Below, one piece after another: positions 37,972 to 48,100 of a stretch of DNA of 64,000 nt. Position 1 is the first letter of the stretch; every line of letters starts with the position of its first letter. The notes beneath the pieces were generated by a model that saw only the letters and a program-made list of their open reading frames with translations, searched no databases and was not told the DNA's origin. Location: IMG/VR virus record IMGVR_UViG_3300020410_000948, positions 1 to 64,000 of that record; one strand, given 5' to 3'. This stretch comes from a virus. The translations under genes were made by a program, and so were the position numbers.

Positions 37972-38744
37972 TGCCAGAAGTTGAATTAGACATTTTTGAT
38001 GTTGACAGTATTGATGAAGAAAACCTACTTGAAGAAGATTCACAAGAGTCTCAAGTGCCCCCATATGGTACAAAAGAATGGAACGAATATGTTATGGGAC
38101 ATTTTCGTAAAGATGAACTGATTGATGGAAATCCTATCTGTGCTGGTCTTAGACGTGTAGCTAACTTATTGTTAGGTGACATTCTAGAGTCTGGTCCAGA
38201 TCAAGTTTTTCCAGCGACTGAGGGGAATGGTCCCGGCAGAGCTACTGTTGTTTACCAAGTTGTTATCAACTGGTTTAATAGTGGCCAAGCTAGGATATTT
38301 AAAGAAGTTGCGGATGTGTGGCATGGGAATACAGATGATTTATTCTGTGCTCATCCTGTGGCTACAGCAAGCACTAGGGCAGAAGGACGAGCTTTGCGTA
38401 AGGCTTTAGGTTTACGATGTCTAGCCGCTGAAGAATTGGCAAGAAAAGATATTGTATCTATTGTACAGCAGAGTGTAAAAAAGGATAACCCCACCGATGG
38501 AGCGTGGGACGAGGCAGCTATGATTAGCTCCTCACAGATCAATTTTATTGATAATAAGTGTAGACAGTTAGATATTAATGTTTTGGCATTTGTCAACTCT
38601 GGAGAGGGTGTTTACGAGTCCATTGAGGATGTAGAAAAAAGTAAAGCCTCTGCAATGCTTGGTGTGCTAAACAAATATCAAACTAAACAAAACGAGGTGC
38701 CAGAAGGCATCGTGGGTTATAACAAGAATTGGAGAAATGCATAA
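37971..38744 (+). CDS. putative single-strand annealing protein (Rad52/Sak-like)
   Basis: ATASTRAEGRALRKALGL motif; C-terminal ISSSQINFI...KASAML helical domain. Confidence 0.55.
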   Translation: MPEVELDIFDVDSIDEENLLEEDSQESQVPPYGTKEWNEYVMGHFRKDELIDGNPICAGLRRVANLLLGDILESGPDQVFPATEGNGPGRATVVYQVVINWFNSGQARIFKEVADVWHGNTDDLFCAHPVATASTRAEGRALRKALGLRCLAAEELARKDIVSIVQQSVKKDNPTDGAWDEAAMISSSQINFIDNKCRQLDINVLAFVNSGEGVYESIEDVEKSKASAMLGVLNKYQTKQNEVPEGIVGYNKNWRNA

Positions 38745-39073
38745 TGAAAGTTAACTACAATGCAGGTAAACTAAACGTCGCTTTTGAAGGCGAAACCGTC
38801 CGTGAACTATGGAAGCAGATCGCTGTCTTCCAAGAAGTGTTTGGTGAAACCAAATGCGGAAAGTGTGGCTCAGAAAACCTTAGATTCGTCGTGAGAGAAA
38901 ACGACGGAAATGAATACTATGAGCTTCGCTGTATGGACTGTGGAGCTAAGTTGTCGTTTGGCGCCAACAAGAAGGGTGGCGGACTGTTCCCTAAACGTAA
39001 GGATGCCGATGGAAATTGGCTACCTGACGGCGGGTGGCAGAAATGGAACCCAAAAACAAAGTCCCTTGAATAA
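38744..39073 (+). CDS. zinc-ribbon protein
   Basis: CGKCG...CMDCG; ATG at 38744 (TAATG), GGAG RBS. Confidence 0.7.
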   Translation: MKVNYNAGKLNVAFEGETVRELWKQIAVFQEVFGETKCGKCGSENLRFVVRENDGNEYYELRCMDCGAKLSFGANKKGGGLFPKRKDADGNWLPDGGWQKWNPKTKSLE

Positions 39074-39092
39074 GGGTGCTCCGGTTAAGGCG

Positions 39093-39126
39093 ACCTCGCT
39101 CAGGGAAACTTGGGCGAGGTTTCTTT
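39093..39126 (+). terminator. intrinsic terminator of the + strand block
   Basis: 12-bp stem ACCTCGCTCAGG / GAAA loop / CTTGGGCGAGGT (two G-U pairs) followed by TTCTTT. Confidence 0.8.
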
Positions 39127-39133
39127 ATGGCAT

Positions 39134-39165
39134 AAATAAAGCCCCGCACGAAGCAGGGCTTTTTT
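39134..39165 (-). terminator. intrinsic terminator of the - strand block (possibly bidirectional)
   Basis: Minus strand AAAGCCCTGC-TTCGT-GCGGGGCTTT-ATTT; the + strand side also ends in a T run. Confidence 0.8.
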
Positions 39166-39188
39166 AATGGACTTAAAGGCTCAAGTCT

Positions 39189-40118
39189 TTATAGGTACTC
39201 TAGAGATACATACAGTCCATATGATGTTTTCGATCCAATACTTAGCGGTGAAGCCGAGATACCAACATACCAAGTATGTCGCTTAGCTAACCCAGTACCA
39301 CCATAAGTGTTAGTCGTAGTCTTTGCTCCAAGATTAGGACAGTCGTCAGGACGATTGCTATTATCATAGTATTGTAACCATTTAGGTTGCACAGCAGAGA
39401 CAGTACTATTAATCGAGTTAAGGAAAAATCCTCCACTTCCGGGAGAGTTAAACAAAGGCACAACAACGCCAGTACCACCAACAGTTTCGGTGTCACCAGT
39501 TACAGTGCCAAGTCTAGAGTCTCCATTACCCTGCCCAGCAGTAGCTTCTGTCTGAGTAAAGTTTGAGAATTTAACTCCAGAAGAGTTTGTGTAGAAATCT
39601 TGACCTGCTCTAACTGGACCAGAATCTGGCCAAGGAGATCCCCACCAAAACATGTCACCAGAACCGTAAAAGTTACTGTTCATAGCTACGTTATCTTGAC
39701 CATTAGCTGATATCCAAGCGCTTGTTGTTTTGCCATCAAAGTTTACGAGCTCACAAACCTTAGTGACAACACCAGAAGCTGGATTATTAATATTAACTCT
39801 ATCGTATATTTTTAGTTGGCAATTCTGTACATTAACATCAGACGTGTGGTCGAAGTTAATATGGAAGGTTCTATTACCAGAATTTATCTTGCTTAAAGGA
39901 ATACCAGATCCTACAGCTTGTGAGTTACCAGTAGCTGGAACTTCGTATTTAATGTTGTTTGCTGCTGGGCCTTGAGAGGTTCCCGCAGAATTAGTTACAA
40001 ATGTTCTGTCTTGGAAAGACCCAATTTGAACTGAGGAGCCAAACGTTGACCCATAGAAGCCCAGTCCTGAGCCGACAATATTCTCTTGATTGTCTATACC
40101 AAATGTTATTTCTGCCAT
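39189..40118 (-). CDS. hypothetical virion-type protein (Gly/Ser/Thr/Asn-rich)
   Basis: 309 aa, AGGAG RBS, beta-rich composition, C-terminal SLEYL. Confidence 0.7.
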   Translation of the reverse strand: MAEITFGIDNQENIVGSGLGFYGSTFGSSVQIGSFQDRTFVTNSAGTSQGPAANNIKYEVPATGNSQAVGSGIPLSKINSGNRTFHINFDHTSDVNVQNCQLKIYDRVNINNPASGVVTKVCELVNFDGKTTSAWISANGQDNVAMNSNFYGSGDMFWWGSPWPDSGPVRAGQDFYTNSSGVKFSNFTQTEATAGQGNGDSRLGTVTGDTETVGGTGVVVPLFNSPGSGGFFLNSINSTVSAVQPKWLQYYDNSNRPDDCPNLGAKTTTNTYGGTGLAKRHTWYVGISASPLSIGSKTSYGLYVSLEYL

Positions 40119-40150
40119 TATATTCTCCTTATGATATCTAGAAGCACCTA

Positions 40151-40164
40151 TGTATTATAATACA
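40151..40164. promoter_or_regulatory. perfect 14-bp palindrome containing TATAAT (candidate promoter/operator)
   Basis: TGTATTATAATACA in the intergenic gap, 33 bp upstream of the 40118 start. Confidence 0.5.
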
Positions 40165-40194
40165 CAATATGCCTGCCTTAACTCCATTTTTTTT

Positions 40195-40611
40195 CTATTT
40201 TCGACCGCAATTACACCCTCCTTCGGTGCGACTGTATGGGCCCCATTTAGCAAGAGGACATGCCTCAGACGCCCAACCTGCCTTCATTTCAACGAAACAC
40301 CCACATTCAGAGCACCTAGATCCCTCAAGCTTGTCACAAGAACTGCATATTTCCAACCTACTGTTCTTAACATGTTGAGGGGCGCTTTGCGCACCATTAG
40401 CTACGTGTTTGGTCACAGATGTAGCAAAGTTCTTAGCCTGCCTAATCAAAGATGGCATCTTTTTCTTTTTGTTTGTCTGGCTTGGCTGTTTTGGCTTCTT
40501 CGTGGTTTTTCGCCCAGATGCGCCGGGCGATATAACAAAACCACAGTTCTCACACCTGCAAGACTGTCCAACCTGACATGAGTTCCTATAATTGCATCGT
40601 TTGCATCTCAT
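40195..40611 (-). CDS. Cys-rich small protein, DUF6171-like C-terminus
   Basis: RLEICSSC...CSECGCFVEMKA...CPLAKW; 14 Cys in 138 aa. Confidence 0.75.
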   Translation of the reverse strand: MRCKRCNYRNSCQVGQSCRCENCGFVISPGASGRKTTKKPKQPSQTNKKKKMPSLIRQAKNFATSVTKHVANGAQSAPQHVKNSRLEICSSCDKLEGSRCSECGCFVEMKAGWASEACPLAKWGPYSRTEGGCNCGRK

Positions 40612-40928
40612 TCCTGATATTCTCCAAATATGTCTGGCCTAAATAAGTCTGTGTCCGAAAAGTCGGGAATCACTATAAACTCATTGTTTTCATCTAATAT
40701 ATAACCTGTAAGAAGCATGCCACGGGCTTGTGAGAGACTTATAGTATATCTGCCTCCTCCATCTACCACCTTAAAATTTATTAGATCCCTACCGTAAGAT
40801 TGCACTGTACACGCTCTAAGCTGGTTTACCTGCCCACTAGCAAGATTAGTGTCCATTATTTTGACCTGTCTTCCTATTGGGAGGTTAGAATAAATAAAAC
40901 CTTGATAAAAGTTTATTTCTTTTGCCAT
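40608..40928 (-). CDS. hypothetical protein
   Basis: 106 aa, AGGAG RBS, ATGA overlap with the next gene. Confidence 0.7.
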   Translation of the reverse strand: MAKEINFYQGFIYSNLPIGRQVKIMDTNLASGQVNQLRACTVQSYGRDLINFKVVDGGGRYTISLSQARGMLLTGYILDENNEFIVIPDFSDTDLFRPDIFGEYQE

Positions 40929-40936
40929 TGTATCTC

Positions 40937-43900
40937 CTAATGAAGTCTTATGTCTAAGGGTATAGAATCAATAATTTTTATAGTCTTGTCTATCTCCACT
41001 TTGCTTAGTGTTCCTATATCAACAGGGACTATATTACACTTAACATTTAAGGCACAGCAAGTGTCAATTGTTGTTCCGCTTCGTATAGTGTTTCCGAAAC
41101 ACTCCCCCATACACTCATTACCAAACTCATCAAAAACGGCATTTCCTGATGTGGTTTGACGTTGTAATCCTCTATACCAAACATATCCATCTTTATGAGG
41201 AGATGATTCTTCCCCACACACATAGTAGGTAACAAAACATGTATCTAGTTGATTGTCAGGAGGCTCGTCTGTATCCATGCAGACATCACAACAGGTTCCG
41301 GGCATATCGGGCCCACCAAATTGTTGTAGCCATGGTACCGCTATATCGAACTGCTCTGACCCAGCGCACTTCATCTTACATGCAGCAACCTCGTCAGTAT
41401 CGTTGCCATCCGCATCCTTTTTATAAACACACTCGGCCTCATAGTTAGGCGCACATCTACTACAATGATATAAATTCAAATCAAAGTCATCAATAGTGCT
41501 GAGTGTTGCTAGTGGGTAGGTTTCTGTACAATAGTTACCACCTATAGGTATGTATTGGTCAGGGTCGCTAACAGTGTCTTTTAAATTGCCGGCTTCGTCA
41601 AAAGCATCCTCATCAAGCTTATGACTAAAATACATTTTTGTTCCACAAGCATACACATACTTATCTTCTGGCTCTGGAAATTCCTCCCAACACCTTTTGC
41701 CATTAGCGCCTATTTTACCCAAGTCTTCTCTATTGTCACCGAACCCTACAATTGGGGGCTTCATAGGAGCAGGGAATATCTGTTGTATATTTTCTCGATG
41801 TATCACATAGATATAATTGTCTTTGGCGCATATCTCTTTTACCTCTTCTCCTTCCTCATCCTCTTTTGTGCAGACCATCTCCTCTGGAACGCTATCTTTG
41901 ACTTTGCCATCTTCGTCATAAATACATCTTTTAATAATATTACTATCTGGGTTTAGTTCTCCGAATGCTCCTGTTGGAAACATAAAGACATCATCTACAA
42001 TTATGTCGCAATCAAAGATTCTCTGCCCTGTGTCAAAATAGGGCGGAGCGGGCGTGTAGAAAGATGAGGTAGCGCCAAGAATATCATCACGGCTATTGTA
42101 CTGCCCTACGAAGAACTCTAATGATCCCTCATTACATGTCTCTACCTTGTCCATTGGGAAGCAAGAACCCTCAACTCTCAACTGATACGGCTCGCACGTA
42201 GCGTCATTAAAGATAGCCGCGTCACAATTCTCCCAGTCTCTGGTAAGATATGGCCAACTTCCACAATGACCAAGCGCGCTTATATCATGTATATCATAAC
42301 AGCCCTGTTCCTCCTCAACATTAGTCCAAGGATTTTTGCGCATTACTTTCCCGCAACGGGATCGCCCCGACAGATAGGCAAAATCTGTATTGGCTCCGAA
42401 TCCAGCACCAATCGTGTTTCCATAATGATCATAATATGTTGTATCATCACCGACTAGAAAAGGGTCATTGGCATATAAATATGTGCCAGCTTTATGAGCT
42501 TTATATATGTACTCTACAGCGCCGAGGCCTCCAATTAAGGTAGCTCCGTGAGCTCCGACTCCTCCGGCTGCCAATCCGAAATACCAGTCTTTGACTAGCC
42601 CCTCAATGGTTGTGCTGTCAAAACCGCCTTTGCCTACATCTTCAGGTATTTGATTAAGTGACTGAGTAAAAGCTTTTTGGTAAATTTCTTTTAATACTAC
42701 ATTCAATTCGCCTGTTTGTGTTTGCATAGCATCTACATCGACTGTATAGAAAGTTATGCCTATAAGTTGGTCTATGCCTTTGCCTGAAACAAATCCTGAG
42801 TTAGATGTGTTGCTGTCAGATAAACTTCCATACCAATCACAAACTGTATGTGTACCGCATCTACCTCCAAAAAACTCTTGGGAGCCAGAGGTTTCGGAAT
42901 CACTGGTATCGAAGCTAACCGAAATGTCATTATTTATAAGGTAGTCTAGTTTAGTTAATTCAAAAGTATCACCATCACCACCTTTTATTCTATGGCCGAC
43001 TGTATCAAAATCCGTTGGGTTAGTTCTCGCATCACCACTGTCATTTTGCGCATGTAAGTGAACTCTATCGTCCTGTTCTTGTGAAGAGCTGCCACCTGAA
43101 GGCGTTCCCCTTTCCGTGTCTGTCATGGCTATATTACCATAAATGACAGGCTTACAAACTCCAACAATCTTATCTATAAGCTCTCTGTTTTGTTCGGAAC
43201 AGTTCTCATCAATTGCATCTACGGGAAAATCATGCACATACGCCTCACCCCAATTACCATATTCTCCTGTTGGTTCATCCGTCTCTGGGTCTATAATTTC
43301 ATTCCTAGAAAATGGCAGTAAAACACCTGTCCCGCAAGCTATGCTACCTGTTCCGGTTCCACATGAGCCACCAAACCCATCAGCACTTTCGCCAAAGCTG
43401 TCTGTTACGTCACCGTCATGGCCTGCTATATTGGATCGCTGACCACATCCCGGTATAAACTCTTTCTCTTTGTAATCTTCCAAAAAGGCTTCAATCGCAG
43501 CCCCTGCACTCTCAAACTGATACTGCTTTTGCTGCTCACAAAAATCGCTCGCTCTTTTAACAAAAGGAGAGTCAAAAGAAGTATATGACTTACATACTGT
43601 GTGGCTAGTCATATTGCGTCCTGAAACCAGCGTTGAACATGGGACTAGATTGTAATAATGTTCTTCTGGCAGCTTAGGAAATTCTAGCACCCCACAAGCT
43701 ATGCCATTAGCGTTTTCATTAGGTTCTTCGTCTTCGTCTTCTTCGTTTACAGCAAGCTCCTCTTTGCAAAACTTACAGCAATCCTTAATCTCACCCAATG
43801 AGCCTTCGTCTTCATCTTCGTCGCAATTTTCAGGGTATTTAGGCGGCCCTAAAGAAGTTGTTGATTCTAAAGGATCTATAGTTGTCCAATATTCTTTACC

Positions 43901-45172
43901 TCCATCTCCGGGCTGATTAACCATAGCCTCACCCCAGCCCGCTTCGTGGATAACCGTGTGGTAGATTTCCCCTATTTTAGTAAATCTAGTTTGCCTTTGA
44001 ACACCAAGTTGTTTTTTATATTGGGTGTTATGAAAGTATCTACCTTGACTATTCTGGTCACTACCAGCGCGTCTAGTTGGATGAGATCCTATAACATGCG
44101 GATGTTTTGAATTGCCAGATATTTGAAATTCTTGTGAGCCATCTATAGATTCACACTTACTGCGAACAAACAAGAAAAACCCTTCACCCTTATATCTATT
44201 ATAGCTCTTCTCGTCTTCACTATCTTCATCCTCTTCATCGTCAGGATCGTCCTCGGTAGTATCTCCATTATCGTCTGGATTGTCTGGATCTCCGCCAATG
44301 TCTTCGTCGCCACCATCGCCTTCACCTCCAAGCTCAGCACCGCCATCGCCCAGATCTTCCTCACCATCACCTTCTTCTGTTTCTCCGGGACTATCGTCGT
44401 CAGACGAATCTTTAATCTCTTCAAGATGATCAAAGCCAAATCCGGGACTTTCCTCTACAACCAGCTCTCCACAAACGGGGAAAAAACTAAATATCTCAAC
44501 TGGAGCGTAAACACTTATTGTCTCTATAGTGGTTGCAGTATTTATCATATTCTGATAGATAGTGCCCATGATAGTATCGACATCGACGAGCTTCATCTCG
44601 TTACCTTCGTCAGAAGCTACACAGTCTTGACAGCCGCCCAAAGTAATATCTTGCTCGTTAGACACTCTCTTATTATATGTCCTAAGCCATGTACAATAGC
44701 ACTCTATCTCGTCTTCTGTTGGGGGATTGGTAAATTCTCCAAATAAATGTTGGTAAATAATAGAAAGATTATACTTCGCAAATTCCCTACCTCTCGACCA
44801 AAAGCCAAGCCCAACATCGGTTGAGTACTCACAATCTTGGATGCTTTCAGCTGCAGATAGCGAGTCGCTCAGCCTTCCGCTATCTTCAAATTCTATACGT
44901 ATATCACCAAAAAAAGTGCGCACTTGGTTTTTAACTGTAACAACATCCCCTGTTGTATATCCTCCGCCAATAGTAAACTGAGGCGAAGGTGTTGACTGCA
45001 TTGGCGTTTTTTCACCTATCAAACCAGTATCGAAAGCCCAAAAGTTAAACTTGTCAAAAATGTTTTTTATCTCATCGAAACACTCTGTTGTGCATTGGGG
45101 ACACGGACCAGTAAAGTCTTCTGGTCTAATTCCTGTTTGTCCATATCTAAAATATTTGTCGCCTGTTTTCAT
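40937..45172 (-). CDS. large acidic Cys-rich protein (putative tail/receptor-binding)
   Basis: ATG at 45172, 1 nt after the upstream stop, with GAGGA RBS; 1411 aa; ~54 Cys by hand count; long D/E/G tract. Confidence 0.75.
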   Translation of the reverse strand: MKTGDKYFRYGQTGIRPEDFTGPCPQCTTECFDEIKNIFDKFNFWAFDTGLIGEKTPMQSTPSPQFTIGGGYTTGDVVTVKNQVRTFFGDIRIEFEDSGRLSDSLSAAESIQDCEYSTDVGLGFWSRGREFAKYNLSIIYQHLFGEFTNPPTEDEIECYCTWLRTYNKRVSNEQDITLGGCQDCVASDEGNEMKLVDVDTIMGTIYQNMINTATTIETISVYAPVEIFSFFPVCGELVVEESPGFGFDHLEEIKDSSDDDSPGETEEGDGEEDLGDGGAELGGEGDGGDEDIGGDPDNPDDNGDTTEDDPDDEEDEDSEDEKSYNRYKGEGFFLFVRSKCESIDGSQEFQISGNSKHPHVIGSHPTRRAGSDQNSQGRYFHNTQYKKQLGVQRQTRFTKIGEIYHTVIHEAGWGEAMVNQPGDGGKEYWTTIDPLESTTSLGPPKYPENCDEDEDEGSLGEIKDCCKFCKEELAVNEEDEDEEPNENANGIACGVLEFPKLPEEHYYNLVPCSTLVSGRNMTSHTVCKSYTSFDSPFVKRASDFCEQQKQYQFESAGAAIEAFLEDYKEKEFIPGCGQRSNIAGHDGDVTDSFGESADGFGGSCGTGTGSIACGTGVLLPFSRNEIIDPETDEPTGEYGNWGEAYVHDFPVDAIDENCSEQNRELIDKIVGVCKPVIYGNIAMTDTERGTPSGGSSSQEQDDRVHLHAQNDSGDARTNPTDFDTVGHRIKGGDGDTFELTKLDYLINNDISVSFDTSDSETSGSQEFFGGRCGTHTVCDWYGSLSDSNTSNSGFVSGKGIDQLIGITFYTVDVDAMQTQTGELNVVLKEIYQKAFTQSLNQIPEDVGKGGFDSTTIEGLVKDWYFGLAAGGVGAHGATLIGGLGAVEYIYKAHKAGTYLYANDPFLVGDDTTYYDHYGNTIGAGFGANTDFAYLSGRSRCGKVMRKNPWTNVEEEQGCYDIHDISALGHCGSWPYLTRDWENCDAAIFNDATCEPYQLRVEGSCFPMDKVETCNEGSLEFFVGQYNSRDDILGATSSFYTPAPPYFDTGQRIFDCDIIVDDVFMFPTGAFGELNPDSNIIKRCIYDEDGKVKDSVPEEMVCTKEDEEGEEVKEICAKDNYIYVIHRENIQQIFPAPMKPPIVGFGDNREDLGKIGANGKRCWEEFPEPEDKYVYACGTKMYFSHKLDEDAFDEAGNLKDTVSDPDQYIPIGGNYCTETYPLATLSTIDDFDLNLYHCSRCAPNYEAECVYKKDADGNDTDEVAACKMKCAGSEQFDIAVPWLQQFGGPDMPGTCCDVCMDTDEPPDNQLDTCFVTYYVCGEESSPHKDGYVWYRGLQRQTTSGNAVFDEFGNECMGECFGNTIRSGTTIDTCCALNVKCNIVPVDIGTLSKVEIDKTIKIIDSIPLDIRLH

Positions 45173-45173
45173 T

Positions 45174-48100
45174 TTATTCCTCTTCCTCCACTCCCCAATC
45201 CAAAGCGGGTGATAGCTGCTCAAGCTCAAACTCTAGTGTTAAATAAGTTCCAAATAGATACCCAAAGTTTGGTTTTTGCGAACCCTTAAACTTTACATTG
45301 GAAGTAAATTCGGGTTCACCTTCTCCATCAAATGTCATATTATGAGCTAAATCAATTTCTCTAAGAACATTCATTATGCTAACGGCACCAGTCTGGTATA
45401 CTATATTATCAGCGTAAAACTTCTCAAATGCATCCTCCCCCGGACTATTTACGTCAGGAACAATGCAAGGAGGAATTATAGGATTTCCCAATACATCTGT
45501 TGCCTCCCTTTGTTCCTTTGTGGCAAACTTGTAGTCACAGCACGCACTTGTTGCAGACTTTTTGACGTGTTTAAAAGATATGCGAGGAGTGACAACTGCA
45601 GTGTTGTCAGACAGCAGGCATAACTTTCCAAAGCCATCATTGCTTTCTTTATCAAAAAGACCATGCAGAGGAAAAGGCTCTAACACAAATGAGTGCGGAA
45701 TTTCTTTATAGTCAAGCCCGTCTGTTTTGGCAAACTCATCAAAACACTCTCTACCCCCAGCAAGAATAGTATTTCCGTCCTGCCTAGCTAGTACCTTTGC
45801 GTACTCTAAATCTTCAGGTTCAGGTGGGTCTTCTGGGCAGCGCGTTTCTTCTGGTATCTTATTCCAAGATAGGGAAGAGGTTAGTTTTATTCGAGTTGGA
45901 TTTAAGTGTTCTTTTCCATCATGTGTTATGACAATAGAACCTCTTTGCAGGTCTTCTTTAACATAAGCTATGTCCTCTAAGTGTACATGTTGCCTCCTGC
46001 TCCGATTATAGTATAAGTCTTTTTCTGGATTAATAAGGCTAATAGATCTCACTCTATAATAAAATGGATTTCTAAACATTCCATGCAAATAAGTTGTTTG
46101 TAGCTGGTATGTGCTATCGCCCATAGGATATGAAAATACATCGCTTGCAGATTCAACCTCAGACACATCAATCGGCTCATTTTCACCTCGAATATTTAGC
46201 TTCTGCGGAAGTCCCGAAGGCCCAAACTCGGCAACGCTCTGTATCTCTTTTGTTTCACATCCGCCAATAGGATACCAAACTAGGCCGTGCTCCATCATGT
46301 CCTCTATCTTGTCAGTGGGAACCTTCCTCATGCTGCGACTCTTTACTACTATTATATCTCTAAGTCTATCATCATCAGTGGGCTCATTCATACTAGGGTT
46401 TGAAAAATTGTTTGGAGAAGGCAACCCTGTCTTCAGATCATGACCATTAACAAGCAATGAAAGTAAAGATTGGGGCAAATAAAATGCTTCCTCGCCGTTA
46501 CGCCACAAGGGTAATAATTCATCTTTATTCTTCTCCCTTATTGTTCTTTGTTTAGTCATCTGATTTGGTGGTTCATTTTTGTCAAAAAGAAATCGCTGAC
46601 GAGGGAAGGTAATATTAGTAGCAGTATCTCCAGCACCGCCGATGGGGGTGTCTATTGTTCCTGACTGTGGTTCTTCTGGCTTATTTAAATCGTCCCGATC
46701 AGGGCTCGTAGCATTATCATTCCACAGCCCAAGAGGAGCATAGGAAGTGACCATCCTTTGTGGTATATCTTTTTCAAGGTTTATCTTAACATCTGTGTAA
46801 GTAAATGGTGCGCCTCCAAGCCAAGGCTGTTTAATTATATTATAATTATTAACAAGATCTTTCACATATTGCTCGTATTTTTCTCTTTTTTCTGTCCAGT
46901 CTTCAAGAGCCTCGGCAAAGTCATCATCTCCTCTTCTATCAATCACGGAACCTTCAGGTCCCTGCATGAAGTCTTTTCTTTCGGGTTTGTCTCCCGGATC
47001 TGGTTCTGGCCTTAAAACTCTATCTGGCTTTTGAAGAACTTTTCTATTGGGAATTATTCCGTCTCTTAATCTGCCGGAGCTATCGCTTTTTTCCCCATCA
47101 TTGTAAGTTAGCGTCGAATGTCTTGGATAACGATACCCATAATGTTCAAAATCTTTCGAGGGAATCTGAGCCATTGTAGTGACATAAGGGTTAAATACGC
47201 GGAAGTCCTCACTTATAATTTCAATGCATTTAAAAGCGTGTTCATCGAGATGTCTGGCTATAACTGAATCTCTTCTAGGTATATTAGTTATAGAAATGCC
47301 TCGACGCCTTTGGCCAGATAGGACTTGGATATAATCTTCCGGGGCTGAATTGCTAGGCATCGACTGGCTCATTTGAGGTCTATTAGATGTTGTTTTGGGT
47401 CCACTCTGTCTTGGATAATCACTATAAGTAGGTCCCCAAGATGTACCATCACTGTGTTTCATAAACGGATGAGTTAGACACCAATTAAAAACATCATAAC
47501 CTAAGTTAGACATTGCACTTCCAGCAACAACGCCAAATTCCTCCATAGCATTTTTGGCCGGCTCATTAATCTGCCAGCTGCTGTCAGAATCTTTTCCACC
47601 AACAAATCTCCAGCAGAAGAGCTCGATTTTATTATCTCTCATCTCTCCCTGATAGCCGAAACTTTCACGTTCCTGTGGCTGTGGATTATATAAAAGCACA
47701 TCGTCTATTTCCATCTCCTCTACTTCGCCACCATCAATCCGCTCTAGTTTGAGCTCGTATTGTATTCTGCAAGGGATCATCCTTTTGGAACTACTAAGGA
47801 TTCTCCCAACAGGCTCAAGTTGCGTTATGGTTCTTGTAGCACTTCTAAAGGTAACTCTTTTAATAACCTGTATCCGGGTTTTTACGTCATCTTCATCTTC
47901 GGGATTTATCGCATCAAGGTATGCGTCTTCCCATAACTTTAAAAGAGGTGCAGGAATTTCATTCTTTCTTGAACCAGTTCTACTTAGACATGTTCTTTCG
48001 CCTTGTAGATCTTTAAAACCAAACTGCTCGCCATGAAACCTAAATTCGATTACCTGTGGCTTTGGATTATAAGCATGGCTTACAATTATCCCTCTTTCTT

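Noticed and set aside
39074-39188. tRNA or other ncRNA in the convergent gap
   Set aside because: No cloverleaf or T-loop motif; the structure is explained by two terminator hairpins.
40150-40581. 143-aa + strand ORF and the many other short antisense ORFs in the track
   Set aside because: They are shadows of longer coupled genes on the opposite strand, with no RBS or recognisable motifs.
45173-45229. ORF-track starts at 45229, 62687, 28393, 32647, 36686 and 38729
   Set aside because: Downstream ATGs that abut or overlap the upstream stop codon, often with an RBS, are more plausible; coordinates were adjusted.
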